A stretch of DNA of 64,000 bases from Flavobacteriales bacterium (lineage in GTDB: Bacteria; Bacteroidota; Bacteroidia; Flavobacteriales; UBA7430), in NCBI GenBank assembly GCA_965662265.1, contig CBFIGX010000003.1, forward strand, positions 83,511-147,510, read 5' to 3'. The notes below the pieces were generated by a model. The model did no database searches. It saw nothing but the letters and a program-made list of their open reading frames with translations, and had not been told where the DNA came from. Every line of letters begins with the position of its first letter. Position 1 is the first letter of the stretch. This document shows, piece by piece, positions 1-10,041 of the stretch. A program made the translations under genes and the position numbers.

Positions 1-159
1 TTTAACATCAACAACAGTTAAACAAACGCCATTATGAGCTACACTTTGATCGACTTTTAGTTCAGAAGCTATTGTAGCCTTAATTATAATATTAAGATTG
101 GTTCTATGCGTTTCGAGTGAAACGATTTCCCCTAGTTCTTCTATAATTCCTGTAAACAT
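1..159 (-). CDS. ribE: riboflavin synthase, N-terminal 53 codons (gene runs off the window start)
   Basis: I translated the minus strand from the ATG at 159..157: MFTGIIEELGEIVSLETHRTNLNIIIKATIASELKVDQSVAHNGVCLTVVDVK. MFTGIIE..G and AHNG.CLTV are the hallmark N-terminal repeat of riboflavin synthase. It is absent from the ORF track because it is truncated. Confidence 0.8.
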   Translation of the reverse strand, partial: MFTGIIEELGEIVSLETHRTNLNIIIKATIASELKVDQSVAHNGVCLTVVDVK

Positions 160-162
160 ATT

Positions 163-1287
163 TTAGTAGTTAATGACTTGTTCTTCCATTTGTTTTGGCA
201 TTTCTCTATAATCATATTCTTGGTTTCTGAGTTGAGGTTCGAAACCAGCATCTATAATAGCTTTTTGAATGCTTGTAGAGGTAAATCTATGGGGAGCCCC
301 CGCCGCAGAAACAACATTTTCTTCTATCATAATAGACCCAAAATCGTTTGCTCCTGCGTGTAAACAAATTTGTGCGACCTCTTTTCCAACAGTTAGCCAT
401 GAAGCCTGAATATTGATGATGTTAGGAAGCATTATTCTAGATAAGCTTATCATTCTGATATATTCATCAGCATCTACTGTATTAGAGATTCCTTTTACTC
501 TCTTTAGTAGCGTACCATCATCTTGAAAAGGCCATGGAATAAATGCTAAAAACCCTTTTGCATTGTTTGGTTTTCTTTCTTGGACAGTTCTAATTTTTAC
601 GAGATGTTCAAAACGCTCTAACTTTGTTTCTATGTGGCCAAACATCATTGTCGCAGAAGTTGTAAGGCCAAGTCTGTGAGCAACTTCCATAACATCTAGC
701 CACTCTTGAGCCGTGCATTTTCCTTTAGAAATCATTCTGCGAACTCTGTCATCTAGAATTTCTGCTCCAGCACCAGGTAAACTATCTAGCCCCGAATTCA
801 TTAATGTTTTGAGGACTTCTTCATGCGATTTACCATCTATTTTACAAATATGTGCTATTTCGGGTGGGCCTAAAGCATGCAACTTTATGCTTGGAAATTT
901 AGACTTTAAATCTTTGAAAAGTTGACTATAATATTCGAGGCCTAGATCAGGATGATGGCCACCTTGCAACAATAGCTGTTCTCCGCCATAGCGGATGGTT
1001 TCCTCAATTTTTTTGCTGTATTGGTCTAAGGTAGTTGTATACGACTCTTTGTGCCCAGGTATTCTGAAAAAATTACAGAATTTACAATTCGCTATGCACA
1101 CATTTGTTGTGTTGGCATTACGATCTATAATCCATGTAACTTTGTTGCTAGGGACCTGTTTTTTTCTAAGTTCATTTGCCGTAAACATTAAATCTGTAGT
1201 GCTCGCATTTTCGAATAAGAATAACCCTTCTTCCGCACTAAGATAGTTTAAATTTAAGGCCCTTTGTAATAGCTTCTGTGTATCCAT
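163..1287 (-). CDS. radical SAM enzyme of the MqnC/MqnE (CofH-like) family, futalosine-route menaquinone biosynthesis
   Basis: 374-aa ORF. It has NTTNVCIANCKFCNF (CxxxCxxC radical-SAM cluster) plus LLLQGGHHP, LPGAGAEIL and SATMMFGHIE, all typical of this family. I cannot separate MqnC from MqnE by eye. Confidence 0.75.
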   Translation of the reverse strand: MDTQKLLQRALNLNYLSAEEGLFLFENASTTDLMFTANELRKKQVPSNKVTWIIDRNANTTNVCIANCKFCNFFRIPGHKESYTTTLDQYSKKIEETIRYGGEQLLLQGGHHPDLGLEYYSQLFKDLKSKFPSIKLHALGPPEIAHICKIDGKSHEEVLKTLMNSGLDSLPGAGAEILDDRVRRMISKGKCTAQEWLDVMEVAHRLGLTTSATMMFGHIETKLERFEHLVKIRTVQERKPNNAKGFLAFIPWPFQDDGTLLKRVKGISNTVDADEYIRMISLSRIMLPNIINIQASWLTVGKEVAQICLHAGANDFGSIMIEENVVSAAGAPHRFTSTSIQKAIIDAGFEPQLRNQEYDYREMPKQMEEQVINY

Positions 1288-1323
1288 TAAATTGACTATT
1301 TTTACACATCAAAATTAAGAAAA

Positions 1324-2754
1324 ATGTATAGCATAATACATAAATTAAAGCACTTAAACTCTGAAAATGACATAGTGCTTGTTGGTACTATCGATTCCTT
1401 ATGGTCAACAGCTAATTTTACTAATAATGAAATGAAGTATCTTAAGTCAAAAATGGCATTAGGTGACACTTCAGTTCAGATAAATCAATACAATAGATGG
1501 GTGTTTGTAGAGTGTGTAGAACATCATGCTGATAAATATAGAACTATTGAAAAAGCTAGAGAGATAGGTGCTTCTTTAGCAAAGAAATGCAATGATCTTA
1601 AATTGCAAGAAGTTCAAATTGTGTCTTTGTCAGAGGTTGATTTCTCGCCCTTTGTTGCTGAAGGTATGGCTTTGGCTAACTATCAATTTTTAAAATATTT
1701 TAAGGATTCTGAGGCCAAACGTAATAGTCTTTCTAAAATTTTAATAGATCAAAGTACCCAAGAAATAACTTATTTGAATGCCATTATAAATGGCACACTC
1801 CATGCTAGAGATTTGGTAAATGAGCCACTTTCCTTTTTAACAGCGCTTCAATTTTCAAAAGAAATTTCCAACTTAGGTGCAGAGGCTGGGTTTCGTGTAG
1901 AAGTTTTACATAAGAAACAAATTGAAAGTCTAAAAATGGGCGGCTTGCTAGCTGTTAATAAGGGAGCGTTAGAACCTCCGACCTTCAATGTGTTAACCTA
2001 TACCTCGCCAGAGTTTAATCAAGAACCTCCTATTGTATTAGTAGGGAAAGGAATTGTGTACGATACAGGTGGCTTAAGCTTAAAACCCACTGCAAACTCA
2101 ATGGATATGATGAAGTGTGATATGGGAGGTGCCGCATCCGTTGTTGGAATAATGTATGCCATTGCTAAGGCAAAATTACCCATTCATGTTGTAGGGTTGA
2201 TTCCTGCAACTGAAAACAGACCTGGCGGAAATGCTTACGCCCCTGGTGATGTGATTACAATGATGGATGGTACTACTGTTGAAGTTTTAAACACTGATGC
2301 TGAAGGTAGATTGGTTATGGCAGATGCTCTAGTATACGCAAAAAAATACGAGCCTGAATTAGTAATCGATTTTGCCACTTTAACAGGTGCTGCTGTACGA
2401 GCGATAGGTAAATATGGAATAGTGGCCATGGGCAATGCAGATAAAATGGTGCAAAATGACCTACTTGAAAGTGGTGTCAATACATATGAGAGGTTAGCTA
2501 TGATGCCTTTTTGGGACGAATATGCAACTCTTTTAAAGTCTGATATCGCAGATATGACAAATTTAGGACCTGCAGAAGCTGGGCAAATTACTGCAGGAAA
2601 ATTCTTAGAGCATTTCACAAGTTATCCTTGGATGCATTTTGATATTGCTGGACCAGCATATTTATCAAAACACGATCATTATCGACCTAAGGGTGGTACA
2701 GGCGTTGGTGTTCGTATTTTGTTTGACTATTTATCAAATAAAACTAGGGTATGA
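1324..2754 (+). CDS. pepA: leucyl aminopeptidase, peptidase family M17
   Basis: 476 aa. M17 signatures VGKGIVYDTGGLSLKP and NTDAEGRLVMADAL are present. Confidence 0.9.
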   Translation: MYSIIHKLKHLNSENDIVLVGTIDSLWSTANFTNNEMKYLKSKMALGDTSVQINQYNRWVFVECVEHHADKYRTIEKAREIGASLAKKCNDLKLQEVQIVSLSEVDFSPFVAEGMALANYQFLKYFKDSEAKRNSLSKILIDQSTQEITYLNAIINGTLHARDLVNEPLSFLTALQFSKEISNLGAEAGFRVEVLHKKQIESLKMGGLLAVNKGALEPPTFNVLTYTSPEFNQEPPIVLVGKGIVYDTGGLSLKPTANSMDMMKCDMGGAASVVGIMYAIAKAKLPIHVVGLIPATENRPGGNAYAPGDVITMMDGTTVEVLNTDAEGRLVMADALVYAKKYEPELVIDFATLTGAAVRAIGKYGIVAMGNADKMVQNDLLESGVNTYERLAMMPFWDEYATLLKSDIADMTNLGPAEAGQITAGKFLEHFTSYPWMHFDIAGPAYLSKHDHYRPKGGTGVGVRILFDYLSNKTRV

Positions 2755-3836
2755 GTTCTGAGAAAAAGCATAAAAAAATAAGAATTGGAATTTCCGTTGG
2801 AGATGTTAATGGTGTTGGTTTAGAGGTAATTATGGGTGCTCTATCAGATAGTAGAATGTTTGATATTTGCACGCCTGTTGTATATGCCTCATCAAAATTT
2901 GCATTAACCTATCAAAAGGCTGTTGACTTAAAAAATTTCAATTTTAATTTTGTGGGTAAAAATGGCAAATTGAATCATAAAAGGCCAAACCTAATTGATT
3001 GTTGGAATGAGGAGCCAGAATTAAATATTGGTGAAGAAACTCCTGATGGAGGCACATATGCTTTAAAATCATTAAATGCAGCTGTAAAGGCACTAGAAAA
3101 AAATGATGTAGACGTAATTGTAACAGCACCAATCAATAAGCATAATATTCAATCCGATGCTTTTAATTTTCCAGGCCATACGGAATATCTCGCTAATGCC
3201 TTTTCCGGTAAACCCTTAATGTTTATGATCTCTGGTGATATAAAGATTGGAGTTGTTACTGGTCATATTGCACTTTCAGATGTTGCCTCGACCATTAACG
3301 AGGCTAGAATAATTGAAAAAATAGATCAAATTCACCTCTCATTAAAACATGATTTTGGTATTAGGAAACCAAAGATTGCCGTGCTTGGTTTAAACCCTCA
3401 TAGTGGTGATAAAGGTGTAATCGGAAGCGAAGATGATGAAATTATAGCACCTACTATTAAAAAGTCTTTTGAGGGTGGTAAATTGGTTTATGGACCTTAC
3501 TCGGCAGATAGTTTTTTTGCATCTGCTGCACACAAGCAATTTGATGCTGTATTAGCTATGTATCATGATCAGGGTCTTATACCTTTCAAGACTTTATCAT
3601 TTAGTAGAGGCGTTAATTTCACGGCAGGGTTGTCAGTAATTCGCACATCTCCAGATCATGGCACAGCATATGACATCGTTGGTAAATCTTTAGCCAATCC
3701 TACTTCATTTAGGGAGGCCATGTATTTAGCCTGCAAGCTTTACAGAAATAGAGTTGAAAATCAAGCTCTAAGTAAAAACCCGTTGCCAATTAGCACAACT
3801 CGTCATAAAAATAGAGCTACACAATCAAATAAGTAA
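2751..3836 (+). CDS. pdxA: 4-hydroxythreonine-4-phosphate dehydrogenase
   Basis: 361 aa. PdxA motifs FPGHTEYLA, NPHSGD, YHDQGLIPFK and SPDHGTAYDI are present. Its start overlaps the pepA stop by 4 nt (ATGA). Confidence 0.9.
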   Translation: MSSEKKHKKIRIGISVGDVNGVGLEVIMGALSDSRMFDICTPVVYASSKFALTYQKAVDLKNFNFNFVGKNGKLNHKRPNLIDCWNEEPELNIGEETPDGGTYALKSLNAAVKALEKNDVDVIVTAPINKHNIQSDAFNFPGHTEYLANAFSGKPLMFMISGDIKIGVVTGHIALSDVASTINEARIIEKIDQIHLSLKHDFGIRKPKIAVLGLNPHSGDKGVIGSEDDEIIAPTIKKSFEGGKLVYGPYSADSFFASAAHKQFDAVLAMYHDQGLIPFKTLSFSRGVNFTAGLSVIRTSPDHGTAYDIVGKSLANPTSFREAMYLACKLYRNRVENQALSKNPLPISTTRHKNRATQSNK

Positions 3837-3898
3837 AATTAAACACGAATTAGGTTACGTGTGTTAATCATTTTTCGGGTGAATAAAAAAATAATTTA

Positions 3899-3906
3899 TA
3901 TCTTTG
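3899..3906 (+). promoter_or_regulatory. Bacteroidota sigma-A '-7' box (TAnnTTTG)
   Basis: TATCTTTG lies 22 nt upstream of the ATG at 3928. The ORF-track TTG start at 3904 is the TTG of this box. Confidence 0.45.
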
Positions 3907-3927
3907 CAAACCCAAAAACTGAAAGTG

Positions 3928-4446
3928 ATGGATGTATTAGCTGAATTTATTATTCCAATAGTTGGATTAAAATTAGGTGAGCACACATTTCAATTTGAAG
4001 TAGACGGCAAGTTCTTTGAGAAATTTGATAACACCGAACTAGAGAAAGGAAATTTACATATAGATTTATGTCTTGTAAAGAGATCAAATCTTATAGAATT
4101 AAACTTTCAAGTTCAAGGATCTGTTCAGGTTATATGCGATCGATGTGCTGATGATTTAAACTTAGCACTAAGGCATAAAGAAATGCGAATTGTAAAGTTT
4201 TCGCAAGAAGAGTTTGATCCAACAGATGATGTTATGGTTTTAGGTCCTGATGATCATGAGTTAGATGTATCTCATATGGTATATGAAACTATTGCGTTGG
4301 CCATCCCTTTCAGAAGAGTACATTCTGTGGATTCTTGTAACCAAGAGGTGTTAGATAAGCTTGAAGAATACCAAGAAAACGAAAAAGGAATCGATGTTGA
4401 TGAACGTTGGTCAGCATTAAAAAAATTATTAACAGATAAAGAATAG
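3928..4446 (+). CDS. yceD: DUF177 / YceD-family protein (large ribosomal subunit accumulation protein)
   Basis: The ORF 3904..4446 is trimmed to the first ATG (MDVLAEF...). It has the [10 protein letters not shown] motif and the conserved position immediately upstream of rpmF. Confidence 0.8.
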   Translation: MDVLAEFIIPIVGLKLGEHTFQFEVDGKFFEKFDNTELEKGNLHIDLCLVKRSNLIELNFQVQGSVQVICDRCADDLNLALRHKEMRIVKFSQEEFDPTDDVMVLGPDDHELDVSHMVYETIALAIPFRRVHSVDSCNQEVLDKLEEYQENEKGIDVDERWSALKKLLTDKE

Positions 4447-4451
4447 CGAAA

Positions 4452-4628
4452 ATGGCACATCCTAAACGAAAAATATCGAAACAAAGACGTGACAAGAGAA
4501 GAACGCATTACAAGGCAGAAGCACCAACAGTAGCTATATGTTCTACTACAGGTGAAGCACATTTGTATCATAGGGCTTACTGGCATGAAGGAAAAATGTA
4601 TTACAAAGGCAATGTAGTTATAGGATAA
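4452..4628 (+). CDS. rpmF: 50S ribosomal protein L32
   Basis: Not in the ORF track (58 aa). My translation is [58 protein letters not shown], ending at TAA 4626..4628. It has the canonical L32 N-terminus and follows yceD. Confidence 0.9.
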   Translation: MAHPKRKISKQRRDKRRTHYKAEAPTVAICSTTGEAHLYHRAYWHEGKMYYKGNVVIG

Positions 4629-4701
4629 ACGTCCTTCTAGAGGATTAATGTCGTTACTCTGCGATTTTTCCTTGTCCTTATATCAAAGCTATAAAGATTT
4701 T

Positions 4702-4753
4702 ATGTAGATTTAGACCCTGTTTTTTGCAAGGTTTAAGTCTACATTTTTATTTT
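4702..4753 (+). terminator. rho-independent terminator after rpmF
   Basis: ATGTAGATTTAGACC (4702..4716) pairs with GGTTTAAGTCTACAT (4730..4744). This gives a 15-bp stem with two G-U wobbles and a 13-nt loop, followed by TTTTTATTTT. Confidence 0.75.
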
Positions 4754-4935
4754 AGCGCAAATGTAAATAGATTGACAAGACTTTTGGTGGCCTCGTAAAA
4801 GACAGAATTGACAAACAGAGGAAATAGGTAGACCAACTCTAATGATTATGTTAAGTGTCATGATCAGTTGTTTTATTGTAACTGTAGTGCAAAAAAGATA
4901 TAACTAGTAAATTAAGTAAAACAAGCTTTATAAGC

Positions 4936-5925
4936 ATGAGTAAAATTACGGCAGCAATAACAGGTATACATGGATGGGCTCCAGAATACCGACTAACGAA
5001 TCAAGAGCTTTCTACTATGGTTGATACCAATGATGAGTGGATTACGACTCGTACTGGTATTAAAGAAAGGAGAATACTAAAAGGAGAAGGTCTTGGGTCT
5101 TCAGATATTGGGGTAAAGGCGATCGAAGGATTGCTCGAAAAGACTGGTATGAAAGCAGATGAAATTGAATTGATTATTTGTGCAACAGCAACTCCTGATA
5201 TGATATTCCCTTCTACCGCATGTATTATTGCAGACAAAATAGGCGCTGTAAATGCCTTTGGGTTTGATTTAATGGCAGCGTGTTCAGGATTCCTGTATTC
5301 TTTGACAACTGCAGCTAAATACATTGAATCTGGAGCATATAAAAATGTAGTAGTTGTAGGAGCAGATAAGATGTCTTCTATTGTTGATTATGAAGACAGA
5401 CAAACATGTGTTATATTTGGAGATGGCGCCGGAGCAGTTATGCTTCAGCCTACTAGTGAAGGTTTGGGAATACAGGATTCAATTTTAAAATCTAACGGTG
5501 TGGGAAGAGAGTTTTTGAAAATGCCAGCTGGCGGCTCTGTAAAACCTGCCTCACATCAAACTGTAGATGCTAAGGAACATTTTGTTTATCAAGATGGTCA
5601 AACAGTGTTTAAGTTTGCTGTAACCAATATGGCAGATGTCTCTGCAGAAATTATGGAGAGAAACAATTTGACAGGTGATGATATTGCTTGGTTAGTTCCC
5701 CATCAAGCAAATAAACGTATTATAGATGCTACAGCTCGTAGAATGGGAGTAGGTACAGAAAAGGTTATGCTTAACATAGAGAAATATGGGAACACAACAA
5801 ATGGAACAATTCCTTTGTGTTTATGGGAGTGGGAAAGCAAACTAAAAAAAGGCGATAACCTTATACTTGCAGCCTTTGGTGGTGGGTTTACATGGGGATC
5901 TATCTACCTTAAATGGGCATACTAA
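4936..5925 (+). CDS. fabH: 3-oxoacyl-ACP synthase III
   Basis: 329 aa. It has the active-site context AACSGF, HQANKRI and GNTTNGTIP (Cys-His-Asn triad motifs). Confidence 0.9.
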   Translation: MSKITAAITGIHGWAPEYRLTNQELSTMVDTNDEWITTRTGIKERRILKGEGLGSSDIGVKAIEGLLEKTGMKADEIELIICATATPDMIFPSTACIIADKIGAVNAFGFDLMAACSGFLYSLTTAAKYIESGAYKNVVVVGADKMSSIVDYEDRQTCVIFGDGAGAVMLQPTSEGLGIQDSILKSNGVGREFLKMPAGGSVKPASHQTVDAKEHFVYQDGQTVFKFAVTNMADVSAEIMERNNLTGDDIAWLVPHQANKRIIDATARRMGVGTEKVMLNIEKYGNTTNGTIPLCLWEWESKLKKGDNLILAAFGGGFTWGSIYLKWAY

Positions 5926-5952
5926 AAAAAAGAAAAACTAATAAATATACTT

Positions 5953-6486
5953 ATGGCATTAGATCTAAAAGAAATCCAGGAACTGATAAAGTTTGTTGCT
6001 AAGTCAGGTGCTTCTGAAGTAGATTTAGAAATTGGCGAGATGAAAATCTCTATTAAAACTCCACCAAAAAAAGGTAGAGGCGAACCCCAAGTAGAAACAA
6101 TTGTGCAGCAAATTCCTATTGCTGCCCCCGCAATGGCTCCAGTAGCAGTTCAAGCCGCACCTGCTACACCTGTCGCACCGGTTCCAACATCTCTACCAGC
6201 CTCAACATCTGAGGCATCATCTTCATCTACTGATAACGAGTCTAAGTACATTACGATTAAATCTCCGATGATTGGTACTTTCTATAGAAAACCATCACCA
6301 GATAAGGACTCATTTATAAGTGTTGGTGATGAGGTGAGCACAGGAACGGTAGTTTGTATTATTGAAGCAATGAAGCTATTTAATGAAATTGAATCGGAAG
6401 TTTCTGGAAAGATTGTAAAAGTATTGGCGGATGATATGTCCCCAATAGAGTATGATCAACCACTTTTCTTAGTCGATCCTTCTTAA
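5953..6486 (+). CDS. accB: acetyl-CoA carboxylase biotin carboxyl carrier protein
   Basis: 177 aa. It has a Pro/Ala-rich linker and the biotinyl-lysine motif [11 protein letters not shown]. Confidence 0.9.
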   Translation: MALDLKEIQELIKFVAKSGASEVDLEIGEMKISIKTPPKKGRGEPQVETIVQQIPIAAPAMAPVAVQAAPATPVAPVPTSLPASTSEASSSSTDNESKYITIKSPMIGTFYRKPSPDKDSFISVGDEVSTGTVVCIIEAMKLFNEIESEVSGKIVKVLADDMSPIEYDQPLFLVDPS

Positions 6487-6502
6487 TTTTCAGAACATTA
6501 TT

Positions 6503-7849
6503 ATGACTATGTTTAAGAAGATATTAATTGCTAATCGTGGAGAAATAGCCCTAAGGGTTATTCGTACCGCCAAAGAGATGGGTATTAAGACTGTCGCTGT
6601 TTATTCTTCAGCAGATGCGGACAGCTTACATGTAAAATTTGCTGATGAAGCTGTTTGTATAGGTCCCGCAAGTAGTTCAGATTCCTATTTAAAGATCCCA
6701 AATATTATTGCTGCAGCAGAAATCACTAATGCTGATGCTATTCATCCAGGATATGGTTTCTTGGCTGAAAATTCTAACTTCTCAAAAATTTGTCAGGAAA
6801 ACGATATTAAGTTCATTGGAGCTTCTCCTGAAATGATTGATGGAATGGGAGATAAAGCCAATGCTAAATCTACAATGAAAGACGCAGGAGTCCCAACAAT
6901 ACCTGGCTCTGAAGGGATATTGGAGACTTATGAGGAGGCTAAAAAATTGGCCATTGAAATCGGTTTTCCGGTGATGCTTAAGGCGACAGCCGGAGGAGGT
7001 GGTAAAGGGATGCGCGCTGTATTTTCCTTAAAGGATTTCCAACCTGCTTGGGATTCTGCTCGTCAAGAGGCAGCAGCAGCTTTTGGTAATGATGGAATGT
7101 ATATGGAAAAACTTATTCAAGAGCCTAGACATATTGAAATTCAGGTTGTTGGTGATTCTTCAGGTAAAGCTTGTCACTTATCAGAAAGAGATTGTTCTAT
7201 ACAAAGGCGACATCAAAAACTCACAGAAGAGTCTCCTTCTCCCTTTATGACTAAAGATTTACGCAAAAGAATGGGAGAAGCTGCAGTAAAAGCTGCTGAG
7301 GCTGTAAAATATGAAGGCGCTGGAACGGTTGAATTTTTAGTTGATAAGGATAGAAATTTCTATTTTATGGAAATGAATACTCGAATCCAAGTAGAACACC
7401 CTGTTACTGAGGAAGTTATAAATTATGATTTAATTGCAGAGCAGATAAAAGTAGCTTCGGGTATTTCTATTAGCGGTAAGAATTATATTCCTAAGTTACA
7501 TGCTATTGAGTGTAGAATTAATGCTGAGGATCCTTATAATGACTTTAGACCTTGTCCAGGGAAAATCACTAACTATAATGCCCCAGGTGGCCATGGTGTT
7601 AGAATAGATACGCATGTTTACGCTGGCTATGTTATCCCTCCATATTACGACTCTATGATTGCTAAGTTAATTACAGTTGGGCAGACTAGAGAAGAAGCTA
7701 TTGAGAAGATGAAAAGAGCTTTAGGAGAATTTATCATAGAAGGTGTTAAAACTACAATTCCTTTTCATTTACAACTTATGGACGATGAGAAATTTAAGAC
7801 AGGTAACTACACCACTAAATTTATGGAAGAATTTAGCTTAAAAGTTTAA
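6503..7849 (+). CDS. accC: acetyl-CoA carboxylase biotin carboxylase subunit
   Basis: 448 aa. It has [13 protein letters not shown]-grasp GGGGKGMR and [14 protein letters not shown]. The second ATG at 6509 ([14 protein letters not shown]) is an equally good start. Confidence 0.92.
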   Translation: MTMFKKILIANRGEIALRVIRTAKEMGIKTVAVYSSADADSLHVKFADEAVCIGPASSSDSYLKIPNIIAAAEITNADAIHPGYGFLAENSNFSKICQENDIKFIGASPEMIDGMGDKANAKSTMKDAGVPTIPGSEGILETYEEAKKLAIEIGFPVMLKATAGGGGKGMRAVFSLKDFQPAWDSARQEAAAAFGNDGMYMEKLIQEPRHIEIQVVGDSSGKACHLSERDCSIQRRHQKLTEESPSPFMTKDLRKRMGEAAVKAAEAVKYEGAGTVEFLVDKDRNFYFMEMNTRIQVEHPVTEEVINYDLIAEQIKVASGISISGKNYIPKLHAIECRINAEDPYNDFRPCPGKITNYNAPGGHGVRIDTHVYAGYVIPPYYDSMIAKLITVGQTREEAIEKMKRALGEFIIEGVKTTIPFHLQLMDDEKFKTGNYTTKFMEEFSLKV

Positions 7850-7864
7850 TAGGAATTATCAGAT

Positions 7865-7897
7865 AAAAAAGGCTTAGAAACTTCTAAGCCTTTTTTT
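7865..7897. terminator. bidirectional rho-independent terminator shared by accC (+) and dxs (-)
   Basis: The sequence is AAAAAA-GGCTTAGA-AACT-TCTAAGCC-TTTTTTT. The dxs stop codon (7884..7886) sits inside the right arm. Confidence 0.65.
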
Positions 7898-9806
7898 GTG
7901 CATGTGACTTTAGATCTTCTCTAATTTTATCTATCGTTCTCTCAATGCTTAGTTTGTCGTAGCCACAGTCCTGATGTAATTGCTTTTGAGGACCATGTTC
8001 AATAAATTGATCTGGAATACCTAATCTGGTTATAGAGCATGAGTAGTTATTATCACTCATAAATTCTAAAATAGCACTACCCACACCACCAGCAATACAC
8101 CCATCTTCTACAGTAATAATATTATTATAATTACTGAAAACATCATGTAGTAGATTTTGGTCTAAAGGTTTAGCAAATCTTAAATCATAATGTGCAATAT
8201 GGATACCTTGTTTATCATAATTATCACAAACTTCAGAAGCATAATTACCAACATGGCCTAGGGTAAGGATGGCAATTTCTTTACCAGACCTTAGCTTTCT
8301 ACCTTTTCCTATTTGGATTGTCTTAAAAGGTGTTTGCCAGTCTACCATTACGCCTTTGCCTCTAGGGTAGCGTATGCAAAAAGGCCCGTGATTTTTCTCT
8401 TGAGCGGTGAACATTAAATTTCTCAACTCCTGCTCGTTCATAGGAGCTGATAGAATCATGTTTGGGATACATCTAAAATATGCAATATCAAAAGCGCCGT
8501 GGTGTGTTGGGCCATCTTCACCTACAAGACCAGCTCTGTCAAGACAAAATACTACATGTAATTTTTGTAAAGCCACATCATGAACAACTTGGTCAAATGC
8601 ACGTTGCATAAATGTAGAGTAAATATTACAGAATGGAACTAAGCCTTGAGTTGCCATTCCTGCCGAAAAAGTCACTGCATGTTGCTCTGCTATACCCACA
8701 TCAAATGCTCGATCAGGCATTTCTTGCATCATAAACTTTAATGAAGACCCTGTTGGCATTGCTGGTGTTACGCCAATAATTGCTTTGTTTTGTTTAGCAA
8801 GCTCAATTATAGTATGTCCAAATACGTCTTGGTATTTGGGTGTATCTACTTTGTTTATGGCAGCTTTAAATATTTCTCCGGTATCTTTGTTGAATACGCC
8901 AGGAGCATGCCATTTTGTAGTATCACCATCTTCTGCCGGAAGATAGCCCTTGCCTTTTTTTGTTATGCAATGCAGAATTTTTGGTCCAGGAATATCTTTG
9001 AGGTCTTCTAATATTTTAACAAGATGTTCTACGTCATGACCGTCTACTGGGCCAAAGTATCGAAAGTTAAGAGATTCGAAATAATTACTTTGTTCCAACA
9101 TAGAAGACTTAACAGCATTTTCAAGTTTTTGTACAATTGCTTGTGCGTTAGGTCCAAATTTGCTGATTTTCCCTAACAAATCCCACACTTCACCTTTGAT
9201 TTTGTTGTAGGTATGAGATGTTGTTATGTCAGTCAAATAATCTTTAAGTGCTCCTACATTAGGATCTATAGACATGCAATTATCATTCAGAATAACCAAC
9301 ATATTCGAGTCTTCCATTCCTGCATGGTTGAGAGCTTCAAATGCTTGACCTCCAGTTAGTGCTCCATCTCCGATTACCGCAATATGTTGTTTGTTAGTTT
9401 CTCCCTTTAGCTTTGAGGCTATAGACATACCTAAAGCTGCTCCGATCGATGTAGAGGAGTGACCTACGCCAAATGTATCATAAATACTTTCGTCTCTTTT
9501 AGGAAATCCACTAATTCCTTTATGTTTCCTATTGGTATGAAATTTATCTTTTCTCTCGGTTAGTATTTTGTGTCCGTAAGCTTGATGTCCTACATCCCAA
9601 ACAAGTTGATCAGTAGGCGTGTTAAAAACATAATGAATTGCTACCGTTAGCTCAACAACTCCCAAACTTGCTCCAAAGTGTCCGCCATTAACAGAAACAG
9701 TATCAATAATGAATTGCCTTAATTCTTCAGAAACCCTAATAAGTTTTGAATTACTTAATTTCCTTAGGTCAGATGGGTTGTTAATATTGTTTAAGAGTTT
9801 ACTCAC
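7884..9806 (-). CDS. dxs: 1-deoxy-D-xylulose-5-phosphate synthase
   Basis: 640 aa with a GTG start. It has GHFGASLG, DVGHQAY, the ThDP motif GDGALTGGQAFEALN and a transketolase-like C-terminal half. Confidence 0.93.
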   Translation of the reverse strand: MSKLLNNINNPSDLRKLSNSKLIRVSEELRQFIIDTVSVNGGHFGASLGVVELTVAIHYVFNTPTDQLVWDVGHQAYGHKILTERKDKFHTNRKHKGISGFPKRDESIYDTFGVGHSSTSIGAALGMSIASKLKGETNKQHIAVIGDGALTGGQAFEALNHAGMEDSNMLVILNDNCMSIDPNVGALKDYLTDITTSHTYNKIKGEVWDLLGKISKFGPNAQAIVQKLENAVKSSMLEQSNYFESLNFRYFGPVDGHDVEHLVKILEDLKDIPGPKILHCITKKGKGYLPAEDGDTTKWHAPGVFNKDTGEIFKAAINKVDTPKYQDVFGHTIIELAKQNKAIIGVTPAMPTGSSLKFMMQEMPDRAFDVGIAEQHAVTFSAGMATQGLVPFCNIYSTFMQRAFDQVVHDVALQKLHVVFCLDRAGLVGEDGPTHHGAFDIAYFRCIPNMILSAPMNEQELRNLMFTAQEKNHGPFCIRYPRGKGVMVDWQTPFKTIQIGKGRKLRSGKEIAILTLGHVGNYASEVCDNYDKQGIHIAHYDLRFAKPLDQNLLHDVFSNYNNIITVEDGCIAGGVGSAILEFMSDNNYSCSITRLGIPDQFIEHGPQKQLHQDCGYDKLSIERTIDKIREDLKSHAQKKA

Positions 9807-9831
9807 GAAGGGTTGGTTTTTTTGTGCACTA

Positions 9832-9839
9832 CAAATGTA
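9832..9839 (-). promoter_or_regulatory. '-7' box TACATTTG for dxs
   Basis: The minus strand reads TACATTTG, about 26 nt upstream of the dxs GTG at 9806. Confidence 0.4.
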
Positions 9840-9985
9840 CTAAACAATTGTAAATTAATATTGACATCCTCTTTAATAAATGCTCGATTAAATATTAATT
9901 ATGTATTGTAACAAAAACTCAGCTAGCGCTATATCCTATTCTTATTTTATAATAAAATACTAAAGTATTTAAGTATATTATAATG

Positions 9986-9993
9986 TATATTTG
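9986..9993 (+). promoter_or_regulatory. '-7' box TATATTTG for the TPR membrane protein gene
   Basis: TATATTTG. The ORF-track start at 9991 is the TTG of this box, so the real start must lie downstream. Confidence 0.4.
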
Positions 9994-10041
9994 TTATGTT
10001 TATCTTTATTAGTCATTAGTATAAATATCAAAAGTATTCAT

